From a virus (lineage: Duplodnaviria > Caudoviricetes), in the IMG/VR virus record IMGVR_UViG_2706794597_000005, positions 9,601 through 73,600 of that record: a DNA stretch of 64,000 bases; one strand, 5' to 3'. Under the pieces are notes generated by a model. It did no database searches, was not told the DNA's origin, and saw nothing but the letters and a program-made list of their open reading frames with translations. This document shows, one piece after another, positions 10,012 to 18,898 of this stretch; position 1 is the first letter of the stretch; the number at the start of each line of letters is the position of its first letter. Made by a program: the position numbers and the translations under genes.

Positions 10012-10504
10012 ACGTTGCAGTGTCGGTGTAGTGCTGGCGTTGACGATATTGATGCCCGACTTTCATTTACTACATACCTCGCCGGAAGGTCTTGCCCTGA
10101 TCGCAGATATTGAGGGATGCCGTCTGCGGCCCTATCAATGCAGCGCGGGAGTGTGGACATCAGGTATTGGTCACACTGCTGGCGTTGTACCTAAAAGAGA
10201 TATTACCGAGCGTGATGCAGCGGAAAATTTAGTCGCCGATGTTCTCCATGTTGAGCAACAACTGGCGGCCTGTGTGCCGGTAGATATGCCGCAGCCGGTT
10301 TATGATGCACTTGTCAGTTTCTCGTTTAACGTCGGCACCGGAGCCGCCTGTCGCTCGACGCTAGTTTCGTATCTAAAACACCGACAATGGGAACAGGCAT
10401 GTAATCAACTATCTCGCTGGGTATATGTCAATGGAGTCAAAAGTAAAGGGCTGGAAAATCGCCGCCAGCGTGAACGTGCTTATTGTCTTAAGGGAACGCA
10501 ATGA
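9995..10504 (+). CDS. GH24 lysozyme, SAR-type endolysin
   Basis: Hydrophobic N-terminus containing Cys; EGCRLRPYQCSAGVWT (E..C..T triad as in P1 Lyz); GLENRR..E. Confidence 0.93.
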   Translation: MNSIVKRCSVGVVLALTILMPDFHLLHTSPEGLALIADIEGCRLRPYQCSAGVWTSGIGHTAGVVPKRDITERDAAENLVADVLHVEQQLAACVPVDMPQPVYDALVSFSFNVGTGAACRSTLVSYLKHRQWEQACNQLSRWVYVNGVKSKGLENRRQRERAYCLKGTQ

Positions 10505-10926
10505 AAACACTCATCGTGTTGCTAATTCTGGCCGTGTTCGGTGTGCTATGGCTGTGTGACGAGAACGACAAATTAAGCCGGTCGCTTGAGGGAGCTAATC
10601 GCGTCACCAACGAGCAAAAAAGTACGATTAACATGCTGAAAAATCAACTTAGCGTTGCTGCCAACCGAGCTGATAAAAATGAGAGAGCACAGGTTACCCT
10701 ACGACAACAGCTTGACTCCGCTGGAAAACTGGCAGCACAGCGTGAACAAACCATCACAAGATTACTCAATGAAAACGAAACCTTTCGCCGCTGGTACCGC
10801 ACTGATTTGCCTGATGTTGTGCACCGGATGCACCGACGCCCCGCCTGTACATCCGCCAGTCATTGTTTACAGCGGATGCCCGAGAGTCAGCCTTTGCCCG
10901 ATGCCCGGCAGCGACCCGAAAACTAA
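10501..10926 (+). CDS. lysB: Inner-membrane spanin LysB (Rz-like)
   Basis: N-terminal TM, coiled coil, ENETFRRW..LPDVV. Confidence 0.9.
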   Translation: MKTLIVLLILAVFGVLWLCDENDKLSRSLEGANRVTNEQKSTINMLKNQLSVAANRADKNERAQVTLRQQLDSAGKLAAQREQTITRLLNENETFRRWYRTDLPDVVHRMHRRPACTSASHCLQRMPESQPLPDARQRPEN

Positions 10927-11059
10927 CGGCGATTTGAGTGCCGATATTCGTCAGCTTGAGCATGCACTCGAACGTTGTGCGTTACAGGTTGAAATTGTTA
11001 AACAATGTCAGGATGAGTTAGATGCTGAAACCCGACAGTTTGCGCAAAACCCTCACTGA
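10769..11059 (+). CDS. lysC: Outer-membrane spanin lipoprotein LysC (Rz1-like)
   Basis: MKTKPFAAG..LCTGC lipobox, Pro-rich, TNGDL motif; overlaps the end of lysB. Confidence 0.88.
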   Translation: MKTKPFAAGTALICLMLCTGCTDAPPVHPPVIVYSGCPRVSLCPMPGSDPKTNGDLSADIRQLEHALERCALQVEIVKQCQDELDAETRQFAQNPH

Positions 11060-11489
11060 GGCTGTTCCGGTATTACGTACCAATCCCGATATGCTGCGTT
11101 TATTTGTCGATAACGGCAAAATTGCCGCCACACTGGCCGCATCACTGTCATTTGAAAAACAGTACACTCTCAATGTAGTGGTGACGGATTTCACTGGCGA
11201 TATTGATTTACTGCTGGTGCCGATAATGGCATGGCTACGTGAAAATCAGCCCGACATTATGACCACCGATGAAGGCCAGAAAAAAGGCTTTACGTGGTAT
11301 ACCGATATCAATAACGACAATAGCATTGATGTCAGTATCAACCTGTTACTGACCGAGCGTACCCTTGTCAGGGAGGTCGACGGCGCGTTACATGTGCAAA
11401 ACATACCGGAGCCACCGCGACCAGAACCGATAACGCGACCGGCAGAAATGTGGGTTAATGGTGAAATGGTGAGTCAGTGGAATGAATGA
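11022..11489 (+). CDS. R: Tail completion protein gpR
   Basis: MLKPDSLR..SLSFEKQYTLN..WLRENQPD. Confidence 0.93.
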   Translation: MLKPDSLRKTLTEAVPVLRTNPDMLRLFVDNGKIAATLAASLSFEKQYTLNVVVTDFTGDIDLLLVPIMAWLRENQPDIMTTDEGQKKGFTWYTDINNDNSIDVSINLLLTERTLVREVDGALHVQNIPEPPRPEPITRPAEMWVNGEMVSQWNE

Positions 11490-11928
11490 ATTTAAACCAT
11501 TTGAAGATAAGTTGGCTAGTCTGATTGCTGCGCTATCACCCGCAAGCCGTCGCAGTATGACTGTCGAAATTGCGAAGAAGCTACGCCAACGTCAGCAACA
11601 GCGAATCAAATCCCAAAAATCGCCGGATGGCACGGCCTATGCTCCGCGAAAGCGCCAACCGATCAAAGCGAAGAAAGGCCGAATTAAGCGGGAAATGTTC
11701 TCCAAATTACGCACCAACCGCTTTATGAAAGCCCAAGGCGATAACAGTGCTGCCGTGGTGGAGTTTACCAGCAAGGTACAGCGTATTGCCCGAGTGCATC
11801 AATATGGGCTAAAGGATAAACCGGGACGCAACAGTGCTGCGGTGGAATATCCCGAGCGTAAATTACTCGGGTTTAATAATGGTGATACCGAACTGATAGA
11901 GGATGAAATAATTAGAATGTTAAGTTAG
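11482..11928 (+). CDS. S: Tail completion protein gpS
   Basis: RIKSQKSPDGTAYAPRK, IARVHQYGL, YPERKLLG. Confidence 0.93.
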   Translation: MNEFKPFEDKLASLIAALSPASRRSMTVEIAKKLRQRQQQRIKSQKSPDGTAYAPRKRQPIKAKKGRIKREMFSKLRTNRFMKAQGDNSAAVVEFTSKVQRIARVHQYGLKDKPGRNSAAVEYPERKLLGFNNGDTELIEDEIIRMLS

Positions 11929-11931
11929 TGC

Positions 11932-12702
11932 TCATTCAAAACGTCTTTCCTCATTGTTTTTAAAATCAATAAACTTATTGTTAGTATCAAAGTAAATCAC
12001 ATAACCAAGAGTTAAAAATGACGTAATTATAAAGAGCAATACAATTAGTATCATCGCCGCAATGAATGACGAATTGTTATTTTCTATTGCGGTCATTAGT
12101 TCTTTTTTCTCTGCGGGATCTTTTGTAAGAAGGTAGCCACATGCTGATATTAGAATTTTCTTATTTGTAGCGGTTGTAAGTTCCCTGCATTGTTTCGCGT
12201 TGAAATATTCATTGCTTTCGGGGTCGTAAACATAGATTTCGGAGATAAGGGCGCGTTCACTGCCTGCATTAAACGAAGCATAATTATATTTGTATGTTCT
12301 TACCGAGTTGCAAACCATAAGAATGGATGCAAAAAAAAGTAAAACTAACGCTACATAGAGAACAATTTCAGCTTTGCCATGTTTGAACTTTCCTATTGGA
12401 GGAGCAAAGGAAAGAAATCTGAAGTTTTTTTCAGATAGAATTCCTTTGCTTATGGCTTTAGATACCAGCCTCGCGTCTTTCTTGTTGAGAACATTGATGC
12501 CGTGGTAAAGCCGAAGTAATTGCAAGTCTAGGAAGTCGCCATCCAGATTTTTTATAATTCTGTCAGTAAAGTCGACTTTAAGCGGTTTAGATATTAATCG
12601 GAGTAGATAGCCAATGCCTCCCGACACAACAAGATACAAGATAATAATCAACCAAAATATTTTATAAAGACCATCAATTCCACTGCCAATAAAATCAAAC
12701 AT
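11932..12702 (-). CDS. AT-rich cargo (moron) membrane protein of unknown function at the S-V (P2 orf30) site
   Basis: 256 aa; three hydrophobic segments; opposite strand to the late operon; low GC. Confidence 0.8.
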   Translation of the reverse strand: MFDFIGSGIDGLYKIFWLIIILYLVVSGGIGYLLRLISKPLKVDFTDRIIKNLDGDFLDLQLLRLYHGINVLNKKDARLVSKAISKGILSEKNFRFLSFAPPIGKFKHGKAEIVLYVALVLLFFASILMVCNSVRTYKYNYASFNAGSERALISEIYVYDPESNEYFNAKQCRELTTATNKKILISACGYLLTKDPAEKKELMTAIENNNSSFIAAMILIVLLFIITSFLTLGYVIYFDTNNKFIDFKNNEERRFE

Positions 12703-12821
12703 CTTGGATTCCTTTTCAAATTATTCAGCTTTCAAAACATCGTAACGATTACCTGTTGTGTAGTTTACTGCCCAATAGCATCACGTTGCCATCAAATGGC
12801 CACACCGGCATCCTCTCCGTT

Positions 12822-13457
12822 ATGAACACACTCGCAAATATTCAAGAACTTGCCCGCATGCTGCGCAATATGATCCGCACTGGCGTGATTGTTGAAACCG
12901 ACCTGATTGCTGGCCGCTGCCGTGTGCAAACGGGGGGTATTTATACCGACTGGCTCCAGTGGCTGACTCACCGCGCTGGAGGTTCTCGCACATGGTGGGC
13001 ACCCTCGGTGAGTGAGCAGGTATTAATTTTGGCGGTCGGTGGTGAACTTGATACGGCTTTTGTGCTGCCGGGGATTTTTGCCAACGACCATCCTGCGCCG
13101 TCTGCCTCGGCGGATGCCTATCACGTTACTTTTCCCGATGGTGCTGTGATTGAGTACGAACCGGAGAGCAGTGCATTAACCGTCAGCGGCATTAAAACCG
13201 CCAACATCACTGCATCGCAAACTCTTATCGCCTCCGTGCCAGAGGTACGGGTTAGCGCATCAACCCGTATTACTCTCGATTCGCCCGAAGTGATTTGCAC
13301 CAATACGCTGATCACTGGCTCACTGGAGGTACAAAAAGGCGGCAAGATGAGCGGCAATATTGAACATAGCGGCGGTTCATTGTCGTCAAACGGCAAAGTG
13401 TTGCATACCCACCAACATCCAGGCGACAGCGGCGGCACAACAGGAGCGCCACTATGA
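12822..13457 (+). CDS. V: Baseplate spike gpV
   Basis: 211 aa from ATG 12822; RNMIRTG, TDWLQW, C-terminal HTHQH metal-binding motif. Confidence 0.95.
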   Translation: MNTLANIQELARMLRNMIRTGVIVETDLIAGRCRVQTGGIYTDWLQWLTHRAGGSRTWWAPSVSEQVLILAVGGELDTAFVLPGIFANDHPAPSASADAYHVTFPDGAVIEYEPESSALTVSGIKTANITASQTLIASVPEVRVSASTRITLDSPEVICTNTLITGSLEVQKGGKMSGNIEHSGGSLSSNGKVLHTHQHPGDSGGTTGAPL

Positions 13458-13801
13458 CCGCAGGTTACATCGGTATCAGTCGCACTACTGGTCGGGCGAT
13501 CACCGATGCGGAGCATATTCGTCAAAGTGTGAGTGATATTTTGCTTACGCCCATTGGCTCACGAGTGATGCGCCGTGATTATGGTTCGTTGCTGTCTTCA
13601 ATGATTGACCAGCCGCAAACTCCCGCCCTTGAGCTGCAAATCAAGGTGGCTTGTTACATGGCGATCCTCAAATGGGAGCCGCGCGTAAAGTTGACCTCGG
13701 TGACCATAGAACGCCGGTTTAACGGTCAGATAATGGTCAACTTGACTGGCCAGCACGCTGAAACGGGCGAAAGTCTTTTGTTAACCCTTCCTGTGAGTTG
13801 A
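13454..13801 (+). CDS. W: Baseplate protein gpW
   Basis: HIRQSVSDILLTPIGSRVMRRDYGS, WEPR. Confidence 0.95.
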   Translation: MTAGYIGISRTTGRAITDAEHIRQSVSDILLTPIGSRVMRRDYGSLLSSMIDQPQTPALELQIKVACYMAILKWEPRVKLTSVTIERRFNGQIMVNLTGQHAETGESLLLTLPVS

Positions 13802-13805
13802 AACC

Positions 13806-14714
13806 ATGCCGATTATCGACCTGAACCAGCTCCCCGCACCAGATGTGGTAGAGAAGCTTGATTTCGAAACCATCCTCACCGAGCGCAAAGCGACACTGAT
13901 TTCTCTGTTCCCCGAAGAACAGCAGGAAGCCGTTGCACGCACGCTGGCACTGGAGTCAGAACCGCTGACCAAATTCCTTGAAGAAAATGCTTATCGTGAG
14001 GTTATCTGGCGTCAGCGAGTCAACGAAGCGGCCCGCGCCAATATGCTGGCCTATGCCGTTGGTCATGATCTTGACGTGATGGCGGCAAACAACAATACCG
14101 AACGGCTTACCATCATCCCGGCAAATAACACCACTATTCCACCTACACCGGCAGTGATGGAGTCTGACACCGATTTGCGTCTGCGAGCACAGCAGGCATT
14201 CGAGGGGCTGAGTGTAGCGGGGCCGGTCGGGGCTTATGAATATCATGGTCGTAGCGCTGACGGGCGTGTTGCGGATATTTCTGTGGTCAGTCCTACCCCT
14301 GCTTGTGTGACCATCACTGTGCTATCACGTGAAGGTGACGGCACCGCTAATTCTGATCTACTGGCTGCTGTAGAAAAAGCGCTCAATGCTGATGACGTGC
14401 GCCCGGTGGGCGACCGTGTAACAGTACAGAGCGCCAAGATTGTGCCATATCAGATTAATGCGACGTTATATTTTTACCCCGGCCCCGAGCAAGAACCCAT
14501 TAGACAAGCGGCAGAACAGCAACTCAAAACCTATATCAGTTTGCAGCATCGGATCGGGAGGGATATTCGCCTGTCTGCCATCCATGCCGTGCTTCACGTC
14601 GAAGGAGTGCAGCGTGTGGAACTGGCTTCGCCAGCCCATGACATGGTGCTCGATAAATACCAGGCATCTTATTGCACCCAATACACGATCACCGTAGGGG
14701 GGACGGATGAGTGA
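13806..14714 (+). CDS. J: Baseplate protein gpJ
   Basis: 302 aa; IDLNQLPAPDVVE, SVAGP.GAYEYH, VRPVGDRV. Confidence 0.96.
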   Translation: MPIIDLNQLPAPDVVEKLDFETILTERKATLISLFPEEQQEAVARTLALESEPLTKFLEENAYREVIWRQRVNEAARANMLAYAVGHDLDVMAANNNTERLTIIPANNTTIPPTPAVMESDTDLRLRAQQAFEGLSVAGPVGAYEYHGRSADGRVADISVVSPTPACVTITVLSREGDGTANSDLLAAVEKALNADDVRPVGDRVTVQSAKIVPYQINATLYFYPGPEQEPIRQAAEQQLKTYISLQHRIGRDIRLSAIHAVLHVEGVQRVELASPAHDMVLDKYQASYCTQYTITVGGTDE

Positions 14715-15312
14715 TAATCGCGTGTTGCCAGTGGGCTCGTCGGTGCTGGAAGTCGCCACCGCAATGGCTGCGGCTGAAATTACCCGAGTGCCAGTGCCGC
14801 TGCGCACATTGTGGGATCCGTGGCAATGTCCTGTCACACTGTTGCCTTATTTGGCGTGGGCGCTGTCGGTTGACCGGTGGGATTTTAACTGGTCGGAAGC
14901 GACTAAACGCCATGTTATTGCATCCTCATTTTTTATCCATCAACACAAAGGCACTATCAGTGCATTGCGGCGGGCGGTGGAACCGCTTGGCTATCTGATT
15001 GAGGTTAAAGAGTGGTGGCAGTTTAACGAGGAACCCGGCACTTTTCGCCTCGTTATCGGAGTGCTCGACAGTGGTATTACTGACGAAATGTATCAGGTGC
15101 TCGAGCTTTTAATTAATGATGCCAAACCGGCAAGCCGTCACCTGATTGGCCTTAATATCAGTCTAAGTTCAACCGGTAGCCTATTTGTCGGTACAGCCTG
15201 TTATCACGGCGAGATACTGACCATCTACCCCTATATAGCGGATGAAATCATCGTCGGGGGCGAGTTCTTCCCAGCTTCAGCTATACATTTAATTGACTCA
15301 CTGAACGTGTAA
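14707..15312 (+). CDS. I: Baseplate/tail protein gpI
   Basis: LLPYLAWALSVDRWD, HKGT, AKPASRH. Confidence 0.95.
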   Translation: MSDNRVLPVGSSVLEVATAMAAAEITRVPVPLRTLWDPWQCPVTLLPYLAWALSVDRWDFNWSEATKRHVIASSFFIHQHKGTISALRRAVEPLGYLIEVKEWWQFNEEPGTFRLVIGVLDSGITDEMYQVLELLINDAKPASRHLIGLNISLSSTGSLFVGTACYHGEILTIYPYIADEIIVGGEFFPASAIHLIDSLNV

Positions 15313-15316
15313 ACCA

Positions 15317-16789
15317 ATGACTACGAAATATTTTGCAATTTTGACGAATCAGGGGGCGGCCCGGTTGGCCAATGCGGCAGCATTAGGGACAACGTTAAAA
15401 ATCACCCATATGTCTGTCGGGGATGGGGGCGGAAAGGCGGTAACGCCAAATCCAGAACAAACAACGCTAATAAATGAAGTCAGGCGAGGCGTAGTTAATA
15501 TGCTCTCAATTGACCCGCAAAATATAAATCAGATAATTGTCGAGCAGGTTATTCCCGAAAATGAGGGCGGCTGGTTTATTCGTGAAATCGGTCTGTTTGA
15601 CAGTGAAGGAATGTTAATTGCCGTCGCAAACTGCCCTGAAACATACAAGCCATTGTTACAAGAGGGAAGCGGACGAACTCAAACTATTCGAATGATTTTA
15701 ATTGTTTCCAGTGCCAGTGCGGTAGAGTTAAAAATTGATCCGTCAGTGGTGCTGGCAACGCGTCAACATGTTGATAATAAAATCATTGAGGTTAAACAGT
15801 ACGCCGATGCTTTACATCAAAAGCATATTGATGCCGCGAACCCACATAGCCAATACGCGTTCAAACACAGCCCAGCTTTGACGGGAATACCAACAGCACC
15901 AACACCAGTACAAAATACCAATAATCAGCAAATAGCGACCACCGAGTTTGTGCGTACATGGATTAGCCTTCTGAAAGGTAACGTTCCGGTTGAACTTGGC
16001 ACCCTGAAAGCATTAGCGGACTCTCTTGGTACTAAGTTGGCGAAAGGTAGTAATGGCGCTGATATTCCCGATAAACCACGTTTTGTCGATAACCTTGGCT
16101 TGCGAGATACCGTCAATAAAGCGGCAGGCGCACTGCAAAAAAGCCAGAACGGCGCTGATATCCCCGATAAAACACGTTTTGTCGATAACCTTGGCTTGCG
16201 AGATACCGTCAATAAAGCGGCAGGCGCACTGCAAAAAAGCCAGAACGGCGCTGATATCCCCAATAAACCATTGTTTACTCGTAATATTGGGGTTTACAAC
16301 AAAGCTGAAAGTGATGCCCGTTATTTACGCGTGCCAGATAATTTACCTGTCGGTATTCCACTGCCGTGGCCGTTAGCTACACCCCCAACAGGTTGGATAA
16401 TTTGTAATGGTCAGCCATTTGATAAAGCGCGATGCCCTCAATTGGCAAAGGCCTATCCAAACGGCGTATTGCCTGATTTGCGCGGCGTGTTTATCCGTGG
16501 CTGGGACAATGGGCGAAACCTTGATGGTGGACGTACATTGCTCAGTTTTCAGGGAGATGCCATCAGGAACATTACTGGGTATTACGTTCAAAGGTTGGCC
16601 GGTAACTCATATTGGACTGACTGTGGAGGAGCGTTCTATCAGGAAGGTAAAGCTTTTGGACACAATGCTATTAATGATGGTGGTAATGGAGCAACAACCA
16701 AGAAATTTGACGCTTCCCGCGTCGTCCCAACAGCCAAAGAAAACCGTCCGGTTAATATGGCGTTTAACTACATTGTGAGGGCTGCATAA
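15317..16789 (+). CDS. H: Tail fibre protein gpH
   Basis: KYFAILTNQG N-terminal domain, GGWFIREIGL, collar domain PVGIPLPWP..PDLRGVFIRGWD, C-terminal ENRPVNMAFNYIVRAA. Confidence 0.95.
   Translation: MTTKYFAILTNQGAARLANAAALGTTLKITHMSVGDGGGKAVTPNPEQTTLINEVRRGVVNMLSIDPQNINQIIVEQVIPENEGGWFIREIGLFDSEGMLIAVANCPETYKPLLQEGSGRTQTIRMILIVSSASAVELKIDPSVVLATRQHVDNKIIEVKQYADALHQKHIDAANPHSQYAFKHSPALTGIPTAPTPVQNTNNQQIATTEFVRTWISLLKGNVPVELGTLKALADSLGTKLAKGSNGADIPDKPRFVDNLGLRDTVNKAAGALQKSQNGADIPDKTRFVDNLGLRDTVNKAAGALQKSQNGADIPNKPLFTRNIGVYNKAESDARYLRVPDNLPVGIPLPWPLATPPTGWIICNGQPFDKARCPQLAKAYPNGVLPDLRGVFIRGWDNGRNLDGGRTLLSFQGDAIRNITGYYVQRLAGNSYWTDCGGAFYQEGKAFGHNAINDGGNGATTKKFDASRVVPTAKENRPVNMAFNYIVRAA
16052..16270 (+). 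repeat. 96-bp (32-aa) tandem repeat within the tail fibre, two full copies plus a partial third
   Basis: NGADIPDKxRFVDNLGLRDTVNKAAGALQKSQ units starting at 16052, 16148 and 16244; nearly identical at DNA level. Confidence 0.95.
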
Positions 16790-16791
16790 TT

Positions 16792-17370
16792 ATGGCTTTT
16801 GTCATGTCTGACAAAGAACAGATTGTTACTGTTTTTAATTATCATTATGAGACTAAAGAATTTGTTGGGGAAAGTGATTACTATATTGCTCCCTATACTG
16901 GGCTACCCGCATCCTGCACGGAAATAAAACCTTTGCTCGCCAGAAAGGGATATGCAGTTATTTTTAATGAAGAAACCCAGCGATGGGAATATGTCGAAGA
17001 CCATCGCGAAACCGATGTTTACAACACGCAAACCGGTGAGCCACAGACCATCAATCAGCTTGGTTCGCTGCCAGAAAACACCACCCTACTGGCCCCAACC
17101 AGTCCATTTGACCGTTGGAATGGCACTAAATGGGTTAAAGACAGTGAGGCGGAAAAACAATATTACTTAGCCGAAGCAAGGCAAAGGAAAAGTATTTTGC
17201 TGGACGATGCCAATACTCAAATTGAAATTCTCAAAGACAGTATTGAGTTTGATATGTCCACCCCAACCGCCGAAACTGAGTTAGTAGCATGGCGTAAATA
17301 TCGCGTTCAACTTAATCAGCTAGATATATCAGCGGCACCGGGTATTGATTGGCCGAAAAAACCGGCGTAA
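16792..17370 (+). CDS. Tail fibre assembly chaperone (gpG/Tfa)
   Basis: GLPASCT..P, W.YVEDHR, WRKYRV.L..IDWP motifs. Confidence 0.92.
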   Translation: MAFVMSDKEQIVTVFNYHYETKEFVGESDYYIAPYTGLPASCTEIKPLLARKGYAVIFNEETQRWEYVEDHRETDVYNTQTGEPQTINQLGSLPENTTLLAPTSPFDRWNGTKWVKDSEAEKQYYLAEARQRKSILLDDANTQIEILKDSIEFDMSTPTAETELVAWRKYRVQLNQLDISAAPGIDWPKKPA

Positions 17371-17480
17371 TTCAGGCGAGCGCTCGCCCGCTTACTCCTC
17401 TGACAAACTCACGTTTTATTGAGTTCTGTATTTTAGTGCACAAAGGTTAAGATAACGATATGTTTATTTTAATAAGTTAA

Positions 17481-18170
17481 TTATGACATAAGAGGAAATG
17501 AACCTGTGGCTGCGAAGAAGCTTTGGGGTATATAGTTATTTATTTTATTCTCATAACAATACTCGATTAGCTGTTTTTTACTGGTAACATTAATTTTCCC
17601 ATAAATATTCTGAATTATGTTACAGATTGTCCTCGGTGATAAATGGATTTTTTTTGATATCTCCTTGCTGGTAAATGATTGCATGATATAAAAAATAACT
17701 TCCCACTCTCGTTTTGAAAACAGTTCAGATGGAGGTGTAAACACCAGTGAGGTTGGGATTTTTATTTTATACAAATTCTTCAGTAAGAGATTATCGACCG
17801 GTCTTCCATGGAAAATCGTTCCTTGTGAAACGCCGTCTTTACCTATTAAAGGATATTTATCAAAAAACCAAGCTTGAAAATAGGTTTGCCCGTCAAAAGC
17901 ATGTATTTCAATTGATGTTATACGGTCTTGCAATAGCTCGACTTTGCGGTCATGCTGCTGAAAATCTGTTTGAAATTCAGCGGTAGGCGCTGGGAGTTCT
18001 CCGTCAAATCGTCCTTCAACGCAAAATTTGTTTGGTAATGCCAATAAGGCTTTGTATTTATCATTTGCATAAATAAACTTTGATTGATTATCTTTGGCCC
18101 CCCAAGGCTCAGAACTGAGTTGCCAAAAATGTATTAATAACTTGAGTGAGTCGTATAGGGATTCATTCAT
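17481..18170 (-). CDS. PAS-domain LuxR-type HTH regulator (PAS4-LuxR solo-like)
   Basis: N-terminal EPWGAKD..FIYAN PAS motif; C-terminal FSKREWEV..KEISKKIHLSPRT LuxR HTH. Confidence 0.88.
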   Translation of the reverse strand: MNESLYDSLKLLIHFWQLSSEPWGAKDNQSKFIYANDKYKALLALPNKFCVEGRFDGELPAPTAEFQTDFQQHDRKVELLQDRITSIEIHAFDGQTYFQAWFFDKYPLIGKDGVSQGTIFHGRPVDNLLLKNLYKIKIPTSLVFTPPSELFSKREWEVIFYIMQSFTSKEISKKIHLSPRTICNIIQNIYGKINVTSKKQLIEYCYENKINNYIPQSFFAATGSFPLMS

Positions 18171-18324
18171 TCAATTCACCTTTTAGTGTCGTAATTATAT
18201 TTTAATTATTAATTAAATAGGTAACCATTTATCTTGTTTTTATATTTAAGTCGTGATTGTTTAATTATTAAATAGCGGTTACCATCAGCTGTCTAGGTCA
18301 TTTTTTACTCTGCTAACAAAAAGG

Positions 18325-18720
18325 ATGTTTGGCATGATAATTTTTTCAAATTTTGGTGGTAATAAAATAAAAGAAGACCACGTAGTGGGTATATCAATTA
18401 TAGAAATGTTTAAGAAAAAGGGTTTACAGGCCTATGGTACAATAATTGAACAAGGAAAGTATGTTGGCTGCCATAGTCATACTGAGGGTGAAGAATGGTA
18501 TATCATCCTTTCGGGGGAGGGTTCTATTTGGACAGCAGATGTTTTAGAGGGGATTTTAAAAAATCACCGAGAGGATAAATTTAGCAAAGGTTCTGTATTT
18601 TGTATTTATCCCAATACTGCACATCAACTCACCGCGAAAACAACGGTAGAGTTCGTATTTTTATGTCCAGAATCGCATGTTACCGATGACAGATATATGT
18701 TTGAAAATATTTTTAGGTAA
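18325..18720 (+). CDS. Cupin-domain protein
   Basis: HSH..GEEWY.ILSGEG and G.VFCI.PNTAHQ cupin motifs. Confidence 0.85.
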   Translation: MFGMIIFSNFGGNKIKEDHVVGISIIEMFKKKGLQAYGTIIEQGKYVGCHSHTEGEEWYIILSGEGSIWTADVLEGILKNHREDKFSKGSVFCIYPNTAHQLTAKTTVEFVFLCPESHVTDDRYMFENIFR

Positions 18721-18898
18721 TATGGGCAGATGGTCCACGCATAAAACCACTTTCCGGATAAGTGCTGCTTCGACTTTGCATGCCTAATGATTGTGTCACT
18801 GCCTGCTGTTGTGCCAGACCTTAACCAATTCAAATAAATAGCCTTTCTTAAAACCAACCGGACAATAACACTCATCTCTTAACCACGGAGTTAAACGG

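Noticed and set aside
15317-18898. Invertible tail-fibre switch
   Set aside because: No serine invertase and no inverted partial fibre gene
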